Origin: Thermoproteota archaeon
GTDB lineage: Archaea > Thermoproteota > Thermoprotei > Thermofilales > B9-G17
Reading direction: 5' to 3'
Assembly (NCBI GenBank): GCA_029258885.1
Contig: JAPDJW010000003.1
Coordinates: 98,718 to 162,717, forward strand
DNA length: 64,000 bases
The notes under the pieces are model-generated. The model was not told the origin of the DNA and made no database searches. It saw nothing but the letters and a program-made list of their open reading frames with translations. Below, piece after piece: positions 62,180 to 64,000 of this stretch (the first letter of the stretch is position 1; each line of letters begins with the position of its first letter). The translations under genes were made by a program, and so were the position numbers.

Positions 62180-64000
62180 TTAGAGTACCGTTATGCTGAT
62201 ACTTTTTGAAAATATCCTATTCTTGCATTTAACTGTTATGTTTCCGCCTGCCATACCTCTTGATCTTGCTTTACACTTAATTTTTATTTCTCTGATTTTG
62301 CCTTCGCTTAAATTCAATATTTCTATCTTATTCTTTTCAAGCTCCAAGTTTCTTGAGAGATTAGTTAAATCTATTATGACCTTACTTAACATAGTATTAG
62401 CTTGCAGATATAACTTTAGGTTAAAGTTTTCATTGATGCTAACATTGTCTGGAACCTCTATTGTTAAAACGCCGAAATTACAGGCCGATAATTCTATCTC
62501 AGCTAAATACTTTACCAGCCTCGAAATTACATACTCCATATCTCTAGCCTTAAGATCATTGATGCATCCTATTATGACTTCGATTGAATCATAGCATGCT
62601 CTATTCATACATAGAGCTATCTCTGATTTTACATGACTTTTAATTTTTAGCTCAGGGATATTATTAGCGACAAATAGAGCCCTGTTAAAAATTTCATATG
62701 CATCCACACAGTCTTTCTCCATATAATATCCTATATTAGCTAATGTAGAAGCTAGGTATATAGGATTTCTGATACTATATGATAGATTAAGAGATAAATT
62801 ATACATTTTTATACTCGATAAGGCATCCGAAACACACATATATGCATAATCCCTAGCATCTAAATTGCCGATTTCTCCAGCTAGTGTAATGCCGTTTGAT
62901 GCCATATTCTTTAGGCATAGAGAAAAAGCCATAAGTATTCTATATGGGTCACCCCTATTAACATGCCTTGAATACTTTATATAATCTATTAAGTCTATAA
63001 TTTCATCCCTAAATTTTGTGTTAATTAACCTATTAGCTATATATCCTAGCGGCAATAACGTATATGCTATTCTTTCAGAGTTCTTCGCTAATGATACCGC
63101 TTCACGAACGTAACCTATATCGAAAAGAGGAATAGAGAATAAAGGCCTATCAGTGTAATTCTTGAATAAGTGCTTGATATAAAAACTTAAGAATAAAGTT
63201 TCACTAACAGTTTTTAGCAAAGTAATGTTTGAAATCCTTGAAACTACATTTGCTGACGAATACTTGTCTAATCTGCTTATTATATTAAGTAGATTAGAGG
63301 ATAAATTAGAAATAGTTTGCTCATCATCGCAATTCCTTATAATGCAAATAAGCGCAAGAGCCCGTATTTCATCACTACTGATGTTATTTAAAATCACCAT
63401 ACTATCCTCTATAAGATTAGCATGTAACATGTTTATTAGCACACATAAGAAGAAGAGATCTCTACAATATTGATTAGATATATTTCTACATAAACTAATA
63501 GCTTCTCTAAATAATGAAACTTTTAAATCATCCGGCAACATTAGAGCTGCATCCGATAATGCTAAAGCTTTCAAACGTTGTGGGCTTAAGTCCTTAATAA
63601 CCATGTAAATATTATTGATATCATTAATACTAGCAAAATATTTCGCTAAACCCAAAAGTACTATATTCCTCCATCTCCCATCTTTGATATTTTCCGCTAA
63701 ACTTAATATCTGATCCACATTAATATCTCTAGATCCTGTGGATAAAATATCATAAATTGCCAAAGAAAGATCTTCTTCATCTTTTATCATCGATAAATAG
63801 AATAATGCATCTTCAGGATTTCTTTCTAATAAGGCTAAAACAATAGTTCTTAAAGCTCTACTATACCATATACTTCCTTTAAGCTCTTCACTTATTTTTA
63901 ACGCCTCGTTAATTAATCCCTTTCCAGCTAATATACGGGCTATGTTTTTAAGCGAAATCATCCTAGCTTTTACATCCTTTAACCCCTTAGCTACAATAAT
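62180..64000 (-). CDS. HEAT/TPR-like helical-repeat protein with C-terminal Ig-like domain (partial, runs off right edge)
   Basis: Repeats like EALKISEELKGSIWYSRALRTI; frame stays open beyond ATG 63961 to the edge; very AT-rich. Confidence 0.7.
   Translation of the reverse strand: MIVAKGLKDVKARMISLKNIARILAGKGLINEALKISEELKGSIWYSRALRTIVLALLERNPEDALFYLSMIKDEEDLSLAIYDILSTGSRDINVDQILSLAENIKDGRWRNIVLLGLAKYFASINDINNIYMVIKDLSPQRLKALALSDAALMLPDDLKVSLFREAISLCRNISNQYCRDLFFLCVLINMLHANLIEDSMVILNNISSDEIRALALICIIRNCDDEQTISNLSSNLLNIISRLDKYSSANVVSRISNITLLKTVSETLFLSFYIKHLFKNYTDRPLFSIPLFDIGYVREAVSLAKNSERIAYTLLPLGYIANRLINTKFRDEIIDLIDYIKYSRHVNRGDPYRILMAFSLCLKNMASNGITLAGEIGNLDARDYAYMCVSDALSSIKMYNLSLNLSYSIRNPIYLASTLANIGYYMEKDCVDAYEIFNRALFVANNIPELKIKSHVKSEIALCMNRACYDSIEVIIGCINDLKARDMEYVISRLVKYLAEIELSACNFGVLTIEVPDNVSINENFNLKLYLQANTMLSKVIIDLTNLSRNLELEKNKIEILNLSEGKIREIKIKCKARSRGMAGGNITVKCKNRIFSKSISITVL

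Noticed and set aside
1-64000. CRISPR array, tRNA or rRNA genes
   Set aside because: No regularly spaced repeats or cloverleaf/rRNA-like sequence seen in any intergenic region by eye

Overview
Archaeal (probably Thermoproteota-type) accessory-rich region; no rRNA, tRNA or CRISPR array was recognised. Contents: (1) a minus-strand operon of two OPT/DUF6785-like membrane proteins, a ~1500-aa fusion of a degenerate M28-like/PA domain with a MacB/FtsX permease, and a DUF6259-like glycoside-hydrolase-type gene running off the left edge; (2) an ArsR + ABC-2 exporter; (3) about ten toxin-antitoxin loci or remnants (VapBC types, AbiE, HEPN-MNT fusion, orphan antitoxins); (4) an arrestin-fold/Zn-ribbon protein, a GxGYxYP fusion, ACT-V4R, a frameshifted molybdopterin oxidoreductase and TldD/TldE; (5) a TrmB-associated sugar ABC cluster with a GHL6-like hydrolase and a glucosylglycerate-synthase-like transferase; (6) surface proteins including a tandem DNRLRE/Ig/CFI-box-CTERM pair whose second copy is 5'-truncated; (7) a predicted membrane-anchored DEDDh exonuclease-RecQ helicase fusion, an IS1595-family element 7 bp upstream of it whose right end abuts an inverted 43-nt copy of the neighbouring AT-rich helical-repeat gene, and that gene running off the right edge. 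All family calls come from reading motifs by eye, not from database searches.
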